64,000 nucleotides of DNA from Paraphysomonas bandaiensis (GCA_965644295.1 CBFFRP010000380.1:186001-250000), one strand, 5' to 3'. Positions 13,001-26,996 are shown, counted from the stretch's first letter. Notes: generated by a model not told the origin, from the letters alone. Numbers and translations are program-made.

Positions 13001-14796
13001 GGTTCGTATATATCTACTAGACGACCTATTGAACTAGATGGTGATGGTCGTGTACGGCGGAAACGGCTACAGCGTAGGTTGGCGAACGCATCGGTGTTAG
13101 GAGAAATAAATATGGTTGAGGTGCCAGATGCATGCACTGTTAACTTTAAACATGCAGAGTTTCAACATGATGACTTTAAGATACCAGACTCCTATGCTGA
13201 AGCAGAGAGATCTCCACAGTACATGAAGTGGAGAGAAGCTCGGAAGGTGGAGAAGACCTCACTACTGAAGAGACGTGTCTTAAAGATTGTGCGGACTCCA
13301 CGAGGAGTGAAGTTGGTGCGAGCAAAGTATGTTCACACGGTGAAGAGAGATCTTCTGGGGAATGTAGTCAAGTATAAGGCGCGGCTGGTTGCATTAGGGA
13401 ATCTACATGAAAAAACGGAGGAGGAGCAGTCCACGTTTGCTCCAGTGGTCAAAGGAATAACCATTCGACTGGTGCTTGCAATTGCCTTTATGTTTCATAT
13501 GCATGTACATCAGTTGGACGTATCATCAGCGTTTTGTTATGCCGATCTTGAAGAGGATGTTTATATGGCACCTCCACCTGATGAAGAGTTGCCAGCGGGG
13601 TGGTGTTTTCAATTGATCAAGGCCTTATATGGTTTGCGGTCATCACCGAGGCAGTGGAACAAGCATATTGACAAGTTCATCAAATCGTTACATTTTACTG
13701 CTTGCATTTTAGATACATGCTTGTATATGCGATGGAGTAATGGTCAATTGCACTTATTGCTGATATATGTTGATGATATTATCATTGCATCTGCTGATCT
13801 CACCTACTTAGAAAGTGTTAAACGTAGGTTCTGCGAAACGTTTGAAATGCACGATCTGGGTGTGTGCAAACGGTTTCTGAATATCAGAATCACGAGAGGC
13901 GAGGACTGGTACATGTTAGATCAATCGGAATATGCCAAGAATATTGTAAAGAAATTCAGTTCGTTTATGGGAAAGAGCAGTAAGAATAAGGAGACTCCAC
14001 TACCTACCAATGTTCAGGATTTGTTGGCAGAGCAACGTGAGCTGACGGAGGAGCAGAAGCAGTGGGTCGAATCATTTCCGTATAGAGGAATTATTGGAGC
14101 GGTGTTGCATTTGGCGATTCACACTAGACCTGATCTGGCTTACGCTGTGGGGTTATTGGCTCGATTTAGTACTTCTCCAACATATGCGACTTGCAGATTA
14201 GCTATTCATTTGTTGAAATATTTACGTGGTACAGTTGATAAGGGAATCAGATTCAGTGGGAGTGAGTTTGATTTACATGTATTCAGTGATTCAGACTGGG
14301 CTGGTGATAGGATGACTAGGCGGTCCACAACGGGATACATCGTGCTTTTATGTGCGGGCGCTTTGGCCTGGCAGTCCAAGCTTCAGACCACAGTTGCGAC
14401 TTCGAGCATGGAATCTGAGTATATGGCGGAGTATGCGGCTTTGCAAGAACTGGTGTGGCTTCGGGGGTGTTCAAGGAGCTCGGACTCTTGGTAGCGAAGC
14501 CGACTCCATTCTTTATGGATAGTAAGAGTGCAAAGGATCTTTCAGAGAATCCAGTGTACCATAAGAGGTCGAAGCATATTGACATCAAGTATCACTGGAT
14601 AAGAGAACATGTTAATGGAAAATTTCCTACAGCAAAGTTGATTCATGTATCTACGGATGATATGGCGGCCGATATTTTTACAAAGGCGTTGTCCACGAAG
14701 ATCTTCAGCCGTCATGAGAAAACGATTACCGGGGTTAAGAGGAGTGTGTCTAACAGTGTGGAGGAGCAGCAGAAGAAACGACCCCGAAGAGGTTAA
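10040..14796 (+). CDS. Copia gag-pol polyprotein with one frameshift in RNase H (~14465)
   Basis: Zn knuckle CRNCKSLEHLAADC; protease YIDTCCS; LLHRRAGH..CDVC; integrase HADGAGE..NAIEERK; RT LDVSSAF, KALYGL, YVDD; RNase H FSDSDWAG, continuing in the 14455-14796 frame as HKRSKHIDIKYHWIRE and ADIFTKAL. Confidence 0.93.
10057..10071 (+). promoter_or_regulatory. Primer-binding site, probably tRNA-iMet
   Basis: TGGTAGCGAGCGAGG directly after the LTR; similar to the Ty1 iMet PBS TGGTAGCG. Confidence 0.75.
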
Positions 14797-14966
14797 AGGT
14801 GTGTTTTAGTGGGTGAAAATCCCACATAACTGTATATCTAGTTGACTGCTAGATATATATGTATCTTTAAAAGATTTCACATCTGTTTTTACCTATGGGA
14901 CTAGATAGTCATAGCATTATCAGATTATTGTGATCACTGCTGTTTTATCTCACTGCATTCTACATT

Positions 14967-14975
14967 GAGTGGGAG
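14967..14975 (+). promoter_or_regulatory. Polypurine tract
   Basis: GAGTGGGAG immediately before the 3' LTR. Confidence 0.7.
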
Positions 14976-15269
14976 TATTAGAATATGGATCTTATTCTAG
15001 TATATTCAGTATGTCACTTCAAGACAATGTACGAGAATACAGTGAAATATAGTGATGTACAAATGCTGTGATGATATTGAGAAACTGAAATAGTTTGATC
15101 GTTCAAGATATGTTCAGTAACGAGAGGTTCGCATATGTAGGATATTATGCAGGGATTATAATGAGTTAGTGTTGGTTATCACAACTTCGTGTAAACGATA
15201 CTAATAAATCTATCTAGTCTTACGACAAATTCTCTCTGTGATCTAGTGTAAAATGAGCGTTTCTCAACA
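14976..15269 (+). repeat. 3' LTR
   Basis: 294-bp copy of the 5' LTR, followed by TSD GCCAT. Confidence 0.96.
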
Positions 15270-15502
15270 GCCATTAATGGTTACCAGGCCCTGGTGTGTA
15301 AACCTCAAGCTCGTAATTTTCTCTGGATAACTAGGCACCTTAAATTCCAAATGCCGTGTATAGCGGAGTTAAAAGTCACAAGAACTTTATTGAATATCTA
15401 ATTAATACTCATGCCATAACAAGTCGTTTACATAAGATAGGTATATGTCAACATTGACTACGGAATGTATGTATAAAACACGCCCCAGAAGGCGTTCAAA
15501 CT

Positions 15503-16761
15503 TCATTTTATAATTAGTTTCTTGTCAGCCCAGCCGTAAGAAGCCTTGTGCTCATCAAATAGTTTAACCATTTCTTCAAGCAAGAGTGCATGAACCCTGT
15601 CTACTTCCTCATTTGAAGGATTCTCACATTTGGTTACGGGAATGGGCTTGCTCATAACTCCTACAATAGGAATGCGGTATGGTAGCGGTAGGAAGAATCG
15701 ACCCCAAAACAGAATAAGCGCAAATCCTTAAACAATATAATAATGAACTTTGCAATAAAAGCATATGTACAGTACGAACTTACCTAGCTTCCTGGATATC
15801 CAACACAGAACAGACCGAAGCCAACCATCCCCTCCACACCATAGACTGTACAGACGGGTATTTCCAAAAAGATAACAAGGCACCAGCGAAGCACCAGTGC
15901 GCATTGCCAGTTTTACAAGCCCTTTGCGACTCTGCAACACTACTACCTCATGTCCTGTCTTCGAATTTGTTTCGAACACTTCAGCAACTCCACCTGTCGA
16001 GATCCCGATAGTGTGGTTGTTGTTAAGTGCCTATATACAATAACATCATCTCTCAGTGCTTCATAGCAATACGCCAAAATCGCGTTACCTTTGTGGCTGA
16101 CGCTCTTGAAGCATCAATGACACCGATGGTGCACAATAATTGCCGAAATATCGGCATCCGGAGAGCAGCAGAGCTAGCAAGACCCAAAAAGGAAAATCCC
16201 ATGATACTTGGAAAAGCGATCATTGTAACAATATTTCCGAACGGAAATACTCCATGTGGAGGCGCAACCTGATTAGCAACATCTTACATACACAATTAAA
16301 CTATTTCCTCTGTATACCAAAATGTGTGGTTTATTTTCCTCAATTGGTTCCGCATATATACACTTGAAAGAAAAATATCGCAAAATCTGTAGTGAGTACC
16401 ACGTTGATAAGGATTTCTCAAAAAATGGAGCAGGTAAAAATGCAAAGGGTGCTAAAATTGCGAATCCGATCACTATAGTTTTCACAACACTGCCGAGGAA
16501 GTAACCGACAACTGCAAGAACAATAGGCACTGAATAGGCACTACCCGGTACACCAAACACGAATATAATCAGAGCAAAAAGTTCTTCCATTAGTGTCATT
16601 GGAGCTATACTGGTGGTGTCTTCTTCAGTCCAGGTGGTCTTAGTATGCTTGCGGATTTCTTTCTGCCTTTCAGTCTTGTCCATATCCGCCAGAGCAGTGA
16701 ACTCACTCTGACTGAAGGACCCGATGTCCAGGAAATGATGCTTGCTCTTTGAGCTAGTCAT
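15503..16761 (-). CDS. DGAT2: Diacylglycerol acyltransferase type 2, multi-exon
   Basis: PHGVFPFG, GGVAEVFE, RKGLVKLAMRTGASLVPCYLFGN, HKASYG; ends KKLIIK and stop. Confidence 0.85.
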
Positions 16762-17730
16762 TGATAGTTATAACAACGGAGTGTGCTAGGGAGTATATAT
16801 ATGGTTCTTATTTCTATCACATCCACAAGTTATGCATCTTACTTCCACACTCCTACTGCTGGTGTATATACAGCAGTACATCAAGACATCATCTGTACCT
16901 ACACAACAAATACAGCAGTACACAGTCAGTTGAGGACATTGGAAATAACTGCATTTGGTGAAAAAAAAATATTTTTCCTGGTTTCTAGGTTTATTCAGCG
17001 GTTTTGGGGGAATAGGCTTTCAAAAATACTAGAAATCCAGATGGTCCGGCTCTTTCCAACATCCTTCTTGTGAAGAGGGATATGTCCTTTTACTTTAACA
17101 ATGACATGAGCTGGTCTCCTTGTGGAACAATGTTGTATTTCGCTGAAAGACTATTTAAAATACCTAGCTTACATAGTACAACAGTTTTTTATTCTCAAGC
17201 AATCGTTTGTATAGCGTGCGATATAACTCTGCGACTTGTACATGCTAAGCCACAATGTGATCAAAAATTTGCCACGATGAAGACCATCCTAAGCAATGCA
17301 TACATACGATATATTAGAACAGTTACGCAGCATCATTCACTGGTGCATATAGAAGAAAAAATGGTGTATGCGATACAATGGGGTATGGGGTGAATGTGCA
17401 ATAGGTGAAAGGGGTAAGCAGGATTCGTTTACTTACGGCTGTATGTTATAAAATACTTTCAATACCAAATGTGGTATCAACAAGGTATGTAAAAGGAATG
17501 GTGATATCAACAATGCTGGCTGGGTATACAAGTATACAGAGGCATATTTGGATATAAGTTAGCATTGCAATACACTTTCTTGATTATAAAAATGATATAA
17601 TCGATCGCTCGAGAACTACTAGTGGTTGTCACTCGCATTAAATCTAATTAAAAAGCACTGAACGCATATTTATACTATTATGAACAGCATTACCGATAAC
17701 ATTTCTGTGTAATAACTCCGGTATGAAGTA

Positions 17731-20322
17731 CTATGCTAAATAATTGTACACTCTCCTGTCATCCTTGTCTCTTTGCAAATATTCCCTTTCGATCAAACTT
17801 TCGATGCGCCTCTTGACATACTAAACACAAATCATTAGCTTAGCAGAAATTACTTTACATTTGTTACCATAGCATCAGCAGCAAATCTGTGCGAACTCTG
17901 TCTCAAGGCTTCCCCAATCAGGTCATTATGTGACAGTGTCTTGCGGGCTTTCATGATCCTAACAATGGTGGCCTCGACTAGATGCCGCCGGTCCTCTTCT
18001 ACACCTGCTGGTACAGCAGCGAAGGAATCCACAGCGGAAGAATCAGAGGTTCCTGCAGTCACCTCCTTTGATGAAATGAGGGGAATCTTGACTCGGCGGA
18101 GCTTAGACGTGTATGCAGCATTAAAAGTAAAGCTATCGTCGTCGGTTATCCCCTACAGCGCAGGATTCTGTCAAACAAGTAGTAAAGCGTCCCATCTAGC
18201 ACTTGCCTTAACTTTCGACAACTTCGTCAGTATTCTGAATTTTGGGGTGCAAAGGCTGAGCAGGTGGCGCCTTAGCTCTGTCTCTGGTATCGCTGTGCGT
18301 TCTCTAACCTCATTAAGAGAGAGCGTATCCGCTTCATTGAACAACATGAGTATGCACATCTGGTAGGTGGATACACACAGTTCTCGACGTCCTACAGTGA
18401 AGTTGGCCCTGAGGTCAGCGTTTCCTACAATTTTGTTACGCTGTCTTAAATACCGCCCACTACTCACCTAAGTGCAGTTGCCAGGACAGCTTCCGACCGC
18501 TGTGCTGAGTAAGGTAGAATGCAGTGAAAGGATCACAGCAGGAATTCACCACCTCAGGGGGGAGAATGATAGCGGGGTCAGGCGAAGACGGCCAGAATCC
18601 CGCAGTCAACACAGATACATCGCATTCCATTCCGCCCGTCGAGCACTGCAATTGCTGTCGATGCTGCAGGTACGCCTCCATTACAGTTCGAGACACCCGC
18701 ATGTCTGTGAACATTCCCTCTAGTTTCGAGGTAAACTGGTATCCACACTCTGTCTTCAGCTTTGACAACATCGTCCTCTCCATCTCGTCCTGAGTCACTG
18801 TCCCATCGATTAGCAGTTAGACATCATAATAAGCCAAACGCAGATATACCTTTTCCCGACAACAGTCGTTTGGATAAAAAGCTCTTGTAGTAACTTTCAA
18901 AGACATCTTTATCATGTATGTGTCGGAATATAACTATGATCTGATCCATCCGCTCTTCGGCCTCGCTCTCTGGTACACCTCGAAGACCAGATTTAAGTAG
19001 GTCATCCACGTAAAGGGCCAAGTAAGCAGCAGTACGGTTGTCACGATTCATGAATGACTCAAAGGAATCCTTTAAAACTTTAAGAAATTTCTGGTCGCCC
19101 TGTAGCTAGATTATAAGGCGTAGATACATGCAAGAAATGTATACATAACAACATTGGAGGTACAGTTAGAGTTAGCAGATTGTTGAATGAGTCACCTGGA
19201 AGCACTGGTGGACAATGGTATCGAATTTAGACTTAAGGTCAAGAACCTTCTGTACGAATACCACTGGCTGGTCCTTTGTCTTTTCTTGATCGGCTATAAT
19301 ACCCTCTCCTGCTCGACGTACAAACTCACCCACACATTCCTGTATATAGCGCAGACAAACCGGAACGCGTGAGAATAGAGTGTACATTGCCTTGAGGTCG
19401 CCCAGCTTGTTTTCTCGCAGCATACAGAAGCATCCACTTCCCTCCATGTCAACTAAACTCTGCGCGTGGGCAGAGATCAGTTCAGACTCAAGGATCTGCT
19501 TCAGTTTGGGCTCAGTGGTCTTGGATAGATAGTTAACTACGCGTTGGCTCTCTTGTCCCAGCCTAGAGTCCACTTTACGAATATAATCCGGGCAAGTATT
19601 ACGAGATAAGAATAGAAGTGACTCCTCCCGGTAGAATGTGCGAGTAGAGGACAGAAACATCCCTTCGAACTCTTTTTCATAAACTTTTTCTCCGTCTAAT
19701 CCGAGCTCCATAAACATGGACAACACACCCTTCATGGTGGGAATGTCTATTATTTCGCCATTGCGTTCATTGGATATATTCTCCAGCAACAGTCGCTGCA
19801 GTCTAGTCTTGATCTCTGAGTTATAGATAATGGTCTCACGGAAAATATTGACACCATTATCGTACACAGGTGTCAGCTTCTGGTGAACAATGTAGGTACG
19901 GTCCATATACATAAGAATATCCTTCACCATCGCGATGGTGGTTCTGTGATCTATCCAGCATTTAAGAATCGTATCCAGCAGCTCCTCGTCATGAGTGTGA
20001 TATATTTCATTAAATGTTTTATTCGCATGAGTCTGAAATGATTTGGTTACTCCCCTATAGAGCATATCGCCATGTTTCTGAAGCACCATATTATAAGCCG
20101 TCCTATAAGAACACACAGCACAATACACATATCAGAATGATCTAGTCAATATAGTCATATCTACCTGTAAACCTCCTCGAAATATAGCTGAGATGCGTTC
20201 TTATTATATATTTCATCTATTGCGACTTCTAGCTTCGCCCATGATTTTTCCGCTTCACTCTTACTCATTAAATGTTGCCCTTTAAAGGGCTTAATACTCA
20301 TTTTTAAACTTCCTGATGACAT
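17731..20322 (-). CDS. CUL3: Cullin-3, multi-exon
   Basis: [68 protein letters not shown]; ends VYNYLA and stop. Confidence 0.92.
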
Positions 20323-21200
20323 AGTAAAATGTTATTGTAATTGTGTTAAATAATTATAGAGTGTGAATGCATTTGACTGATATGGCGATGCAGTTAATGA
20401 TCTACAGACTATTGTCTCCTCTTTAAACTGCACATTGATATATACAATTTTATAGAATTCGGATGAGAAAAGTGGGATTTTTAGGTGGTACATGTAGATT
20501 ATATGGATCTACAGTATTCTGGGATAATCATAAGTTGAATAGCAACGAATTTTCCGGCTTTGTACAGCACAAATGTTTGGTATGTCCACCGCTGAATACA
20601 GCAGAGTACAATATATGTATAGGAGATTTACGTAAAAAATCTGCCTTTTTCAGTCCTTTACGAATTAAAACCAGCACACATACAGAGTATGGCAGTGTCC
20701 AAATTGGACGGATGTGAAATACAACTCTTCATTTCAAGTAGTGGGAATGCTCTATACACACAGGAAAATTGCTTAAGGCTCCATATGAAGTTCATCGATT
20801 AGTTTATTTCTTGCTCAATTCTTCACGCACTCTGTATGCATTAGCAGCATAAAGTCAAAGTCAGAATTTAAGGCCTATTTCATGTTAAAATCGCAGTATT
20901 TTGATGTGAGAATGAAAAAGTCATGGAATTAATGTAAAAGGTACTTTTTTCTGATATTTTTCCATGATTTTTGACGGGGTTTTTTTCCACAGATGATCAT
21001 ACGGATTATAACTACACACAAGCAAAATCTAGCAGCTACTGCATACACAGAGCAGCAGTGACTGACTGTATGTTCTCATCTTATGTGACAGGACTGTGCA
21101 TAACAGGCAGGCAGGAATTACCAAACCCACGACAGAACGAAAAGGACAATACATTCCCATCTTAAAATTCACCCCATGTAGTATTCTCAACAGTGTATCT

Positions 21201-22263
21201 ATGCACCGCAATGGGCTTGTTGTTTACTTGTTATTACTCCGGATACTGTACAGTGTTTACTCCTCTCCAACCATTAAACTTCAGCCTAACAAACACTTTG
21301 TACTGCTGAGTGGTCCCAGCCAGTCATCCAAACTCTTAAGTGATATTCTTTTACAAGTTCCAGGGCTTGGGGCAGCGGAATGTGCTCGACGTGGATGCAG
21401 TGGGGCTAATGAAGGTTTCAATCCACGTTGCCAATGTAAGGATGCCCATCGTTATAGCCTTGGACATTGTATGGGTCATGAAGACACTTCTTCACTTATC
21501 TGGCATGATGGATGTCCCAGATTTCAGTGGAACAAGATTCTTCAGTATGTTGTTGCCAAGAACATTACTTTCACTAGAGTTAATTTTGGCGTTATGAAGA
21601 TGGATCTCTTTCTGACCTCAGGGTTTCAGGTGCTAGTGGCATGGAAAGCACCTTGGGATACATTTCCGACCCAAAACTATGACCGTGTTTATGATAGTCT
21701 GAGCACCTCTCACGCAATTAACGGTACCATTGTTGGACTGCTGCGCGACTACGCAGCTACGTTAATTGACCACAACATTGGAAAAATACTCCCACAATCT
21801 ATGTGCAAGGGAATATTGGCCCACTACATATTTTTCTACCGGTTGATTACTAGGGCTTTAGAAAGAAACCTTAAGATCATTGAAACCACAAAGTTACTCA
21901 CTTTACCCCCTCTCCAGCTCCGAGAGTATTACAAGGTAATGCCAGCATTGAATTAGTGTATTCGAAAAGTTATGGTATGCACAGGAGCATATGCCGTTTT
22001 CATTACTTCACATGACTAGTGATGTGCTGGATATCCTTGTTAACGCAACAGTAAGTAGGCGCTTTGCAAGGAGTGTCACAATGCAGAATGGCACATCTAC
22101 TTTTGAAGAGGTCATTATGGAAAAGCGAAGGCAATTTCCAAATTTACTGTGCTCCCACAATTTGAAGCAACTGAGCTCATACTGTGCGTCGGTTGACACA
22201 TCCTGCGCCGAATATAATAGATATATTAACATAAACAGTTTTCTAAGTGGTAGTAATAGCTAG
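21201..22263 (+). CDS. Hypothetical secreted or type II membrane protein, 2 exons; weakly sulfotransferase-like
   Basis: Hydrophobic N-terminus MHRNGLVVYLLLL; long ORF; GT-AG intron ~21936-21984 joins it to the frame ending at 22263. Confidence 0.55.
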
Positions 22264-22631
22264 TGTATCCTGCTTTAATAACAGCTTTTTTCTAAATGTA
22301 GCTCAATATACATACCGCTGTTTAAGTTATACAATACTGTGCATACCCTCACTATGTATTGTCGTAACTATGAAAAAAATCAACGAGTACTAAAGGGTGT
22401 TCGTCCTCCATGTTCATTTTAAATGGCATCAAATAATAAATAATTGAATAATGTATGTGACACAGAAAGGATAATAAAAGATATTAAAGACTAATGTCAC
22501 TTTCTTACGACTTACATGAGTATGTACAGAAATACATTTTCTTGACTACATAAAAATCTACATAAATATTGTGCATCTGAAACATCGACTTCATGACCAA
22601 AATATTTTTTCATTACTATCATACCGTCTAT

Positions 22632-23884
22632 TTACTTTCCTAAATTAATAATATGTTGGAAATCAGAGCTATCCTTTAGTATTTCATAGTCCAATAGTCT
22701 CCAGGTTATTCGTACAGGGTGCACTGACACGTTTGCTTTACTGACTGCTAATCTACCAAAACATGCATAAGGACATCCAATTTCTCGAATAAACAATAAT
22801 ATAGTTCTACTAGCGTGGTCAGGTTGGTCTGCACTAGGTTCCTCAGATGTGTGATTTCTAATCTTTAATTTGCTGACGCTGTCGTCATTCGCAGTGCCAT
22901 CCGCAATGTTTGTTCCGGCATGCAATAGTCCCTGAATCAAATCTCCGTCTGCCACAAAAGACTGGTTAATGCAGTCACTAAATACACTCCAATAGGTAAA
23001 CAATAAATGCTATTTCAGATAAAGTAATATTCTAATAATTTGGACCAATACACATACCTGCTTTCATTGTGCTTCCACCGAACCACGATAGACACCTTCC
23101 CTCGTCTGAGAAAAGATTCGGATACATTCCGTCCTTATTTTTGTCTTTGCTAGCCATGTTAACCCATAAAAAATAGGCATTAGCCCACTGGACCACTCCA
23201 GAATACTTACTGAACTTTGGTACTGAGCCGTGGTTTGCTAGCGACATCACAGCAGCCTTTCCTGTAACATCAATGGGTGTGCCCATATTCTGCAAGTAAA
23301 GTATTAACACACCGGTAGTATATTGTGCACACCAAAGGAGTTAATATATCAACTACTTTGATAAATGCGCAATCTGTAGTAGTATATCGCGCCGATAGAC
23401 TTCATATACATTAGTCATACCTTACTCAAGAACACATCCAGATTGGCACGCTTTGCTCGACAAGATGTTGTATCAATTGGCTGTGCTTTAGGAGGATTTG
23501 CTTTGATATTGTCGGATTCCACCCATTCACCATCTACTTCATCATTTAGAGTATATCGTGAAATAGACTCATTCACTTCTTCTAATCGCGGTACATTGGC
23601 TCTATCGGAAGGAACGTTATGCTCCTATAAGCAACTATGAACATATCATATTAATAGAGCAAACAGGCTCTTACTTTATAAGATGGAGGAGGGATCTCTG
23701 CAATACGTAAAGATCTTCTTGTTGGACCTGAGATAGCAGAGACAGGTCGCTTATTAGTCCTCTTGCCTTTAGATGTTTCTTTCAGTGCAGTTAGCTTTAT
23801 CTCAGAGGACAGTCCGATAGTAGAAAGAAACTGTTTGTTTCTCTCAATATTACTTTCTCGAATAGCCTCATAATTGGTGTTCAT
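22632..23884 (-). CDS. Hypothetical nuclear protein with C-terminal DUF3427/SRA-like domain
   Basis: N-terminal YEAIRESNIERNKQFLSTIGL...RRSLR motif; C-terminal YPNLFSDEGRCLSWFG and ILLFIRE..YACFGRL; GT-AG-separated exons. Confidence 0.55.
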
Positions 23885-24380
23885 TCCACTACTAGGCTTG
23901 TAGGAATAGTGTATAGAGTCAGTGGTTAATATATATCACATATAGGCTCCGCAGTGCTCTAAACCCCTACTGTGTATACCATACCATATACCTGTATACT
24001 ACTATCCAGATACCTGCAGTGTATGTACTGCTAATAACAGAAATTTTATGTCTAGGGAAAAATTCCTCATCAAAAAAATTATTATAACAGTACTTGTATA
24101 GGAAGTCCTAGTAAAATGAGCCAAAATTCCAAAATTTACATCCGACAATTTTGACAATTGTGGGTTAATTTTATTGTTGCACTCACTGACTGAACAAACT
24201 CTGCTGCAGTATGTTTAACAACACAACGCCACTTGTTATTAGTGTCTATCAAGCAACACATCCATCCTCCTTATATCATCTCTATCCGTGTGACTTAAAA
24301 GGAAATTGACTCATTCAGAAATGTTATAAAATTATTCACAGGTTGTTTATATCTGTGTATTACTGTATAGATAGAATCAT

Positions 24381-26996
24381 ATGGAGACTCAACAGTCTAA
24401 CAATATAACTGAAAGATCATCTGGTATGTTAACTACAAATGAACCAGAGGAAAGAAATCAAACAAATCAATCAGAGTTTATCTTATGTCCGGCTGAATCT
24501 CTTATTAAATTAACTGACGAAGAATTACAGTCGATCTATTCTGAAGCTGTGATTAAGTTTAATATCAAACCCAAATCAGCTCGTGAGTTTCTATGCAGTA
24601 AACGGGTTATGCAGGGTTTACCTCACGAAATGGCTGCTTTCATTAAACAACAGCCAAAGTTAAGTAAACGTCGAATTGGTGAATACATTGGAAACTTTGA
24701 TAGTTATAATCAAAAAGTGTGTGATGCATTGTTTGCGTTGTATGACTTCAGTGGGAAAGCATTAGATGGCGCCTTAAGAGAGTTAATGATGCAATTTAGA
24801 TTACCCGGTGAGGCCCAGCAGATAGACCGCATTTTAGAAAAGTTTGCATCTCGATATCACGCCCAAAACCCGGGTGTATTTTTATCAGCAGACACGGCCT
24901 ATGTGTTGTCTTTTAGCATTATTATGCTAAACACAGATCTCTACAATCAGTCCATTACGCCAGATAAGAAAATGACTTTAGATCAGTTTGTCCGCAATAA
25001 CAGAGGAATTAATCAAGGGCAAGATATACCTCGTGAGGTTTTAGAAAAACTGTATAATTCTGTAAAGGAAAACGAAATTCGAATGGACGATGTGGATATG
25101 TATGAATCAGAAGTTGTTGCATTTATGGCACCAACTAAAAGCGGGTAAACATCATTGCTAGACTATATAATATTTTTAGTCTAATGGCGTGAATTTGCTA
25201 TTATAGATGGCTTCATAAAAAGACGGAGTCAATGCTGGGACATTGGAGGCGACACTGGTTCGTATTGAACGATGGTTGCCTTTACTATTTTATGGATCCG
25301 TCAGACGAGGGTCCTCGTTGTATAATACCTTTAGATAACACAAGAATAGGTCAGTCATGCTGTTCTAGATAACATAACTGTATGGGGTGAAATGCAAAAA
25401 GTGTGCACGTTATATAGTATCTAGTTAAGTGTATGCATTGGAGGTCGTTGCACCGACTGTTTCTTCACGTTGACCGAAGATAACTCACTGAGTGATATGT
25501 ATTTATTGTCTACATATGAAAAGTACATTATAAATGAGATTAATTTTAGGCCGTGGTAATGGAGACAAAGATTTTCTGATTACAAGTGCCAGTGGTGATT
25601 ACGTGAAAAGCAGCAAGGTTCTGGAGGATGGTCGTATGGAACAGGGGCGACACACACAATTTGCATTAAGGTAGATATACAATCGTTTCATTAGGACTTA
25701 TATATCACAGGAGTACTATCTGTGTTTTAGTTACTAACGATATTTGTTGTGTAGATGTGAGTCGCATGAAGACAGAGAGCATTGGGTGAAGATCCTCCAG
25801 GAAGAATCACTTCGGTTTAAACCTCTACATGAGATATTTTTAAGAAGAAGAGAAGAAGCATTAGCTCCTGTTGAAGCACCTCTTCCCGTACCTCAAAACC
25901 CAATGGCAGAGGGTAGGGTCGTCAATGTCGTAGTGATTTTATATATCTGTACAAAGAAGTTCCACTTGTATTACATTTATTTGAGGTTGTATTTCTACCC
26001 TTTTATTTTCATTTGCTACTTAATTGCTGTTTTGGATTATTTATTTCAACATGTCGATGAGCATTGATATAATAAATGCTGTGTGTAGGGTGGATGAGGA
26101 AGAGGGGAGGTATTAATACTGGATGGAAGAGACGATACTTTGTATTGTATCCTGATTTTGACGGTGGTGGTAATACTCTCTTCTACTACGTTAGCTATCA
26201 GGTAGTGTAGATTTGTACGATACAAGGATGCGTATTATTGGTTTTCATACACCTTGCTTTGATTGGGTTCTGGGAATAATACATCGCAATCATATATAAC
26301 TAGTACAAACCGATCCGCTTTCAGAGAGTTTCGTGTTTGTATGCTGTATTGTAATCGTACTTTTGATGCGTCTGTACAGAGTGATTTTCTTTCATTAACT
26401 GTCTATCTGTGATTAGGTGGCAATGAGGATGAAGGACTTAGGTACACAAACCCAACAAGGATATGTAAGGTTGAGGTATGTGCGAGCCATGGAAGCCATA
26501 AGACCGACAAAGCCTGAATCTGGGTATGACTTTGAAATTTCTACAGATATCATATGTGTATATACGTGTATGAGAGTATATTGGAAAATGCACGTTATAT
26601 GCATCTATATCTGTATGCATTTTGTGACTGTCGATTTGTATACGGCGATTTTTGCAACACGGCGTGATGTATATTGCTGATAATTGTCAACTATATGTAT
26701 TGACTTTTTATTGTAATGTATGTAGCGGTATCCCATACATAAAAGTGGTAACTGACGACCGCGTGTGGAGTTTTGCACCAGACGAACCAGAGCAATTGGA
26801 TTACTGGTAAGGTTTCGTCGTAATCTGGTTTATATATTATGGTGTCTAAATGTATTTGCATTATACGGAATACGGCATTGCTAGTTTTTCAGTGACGTAT
26901 TTCATGTTGCAGCCGTGCTTATAACCTTCATTCTGTGACAGGTTTGATGCTCTGTTTGCTGCGTTGGAACCCTATCAGCCAACCCTTGTCAGTTAG
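24381..26996 (+). CDS. Sec7 plus two PH domains, cytohesin-like ARF-GEF
   Basis: FRLPGEAQQIDRILEKF, IIMLNTDL; PH motifs GWLHKK..WRRHWFVLNDGCLYYF and GWMRKRG..WKRRYFVL. Confidence 0.88.

Larger units (their letters stand above)
9763..15269 (+). mobile_element. Full-length Ty1/copia LTR retrotransposon
   Basis: Two 294-bp LTRs, 5-bp TSD GCCAT (9758-9762 and 15270-15274), PBS, PPT, and gag-PR-IN-RT-RH domain order. Confidence 0.97.
9716..15293. mobile_element. 66-bp hAT-like MITE, split by the copia insertion (9716-9762 plus 15275-15293)
   Basis: TIR cagggcctggtaaccgttaa (9716) vs ttaatggttaccaggccctg (ends 15293), 1 mismatch. 8-bp flanks gtgtgtac / gtgtgtaa (7/8 TSD). CAGGG start is typical of hAT. 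Confidence 0.75.

Noticed and set aside
14455-14494. Programmed frameshift in copia RNase H
   Set aside because: A homopolymer deletion (sequencing error or mutation) is simpler, and copia recoding is not expected at this position.
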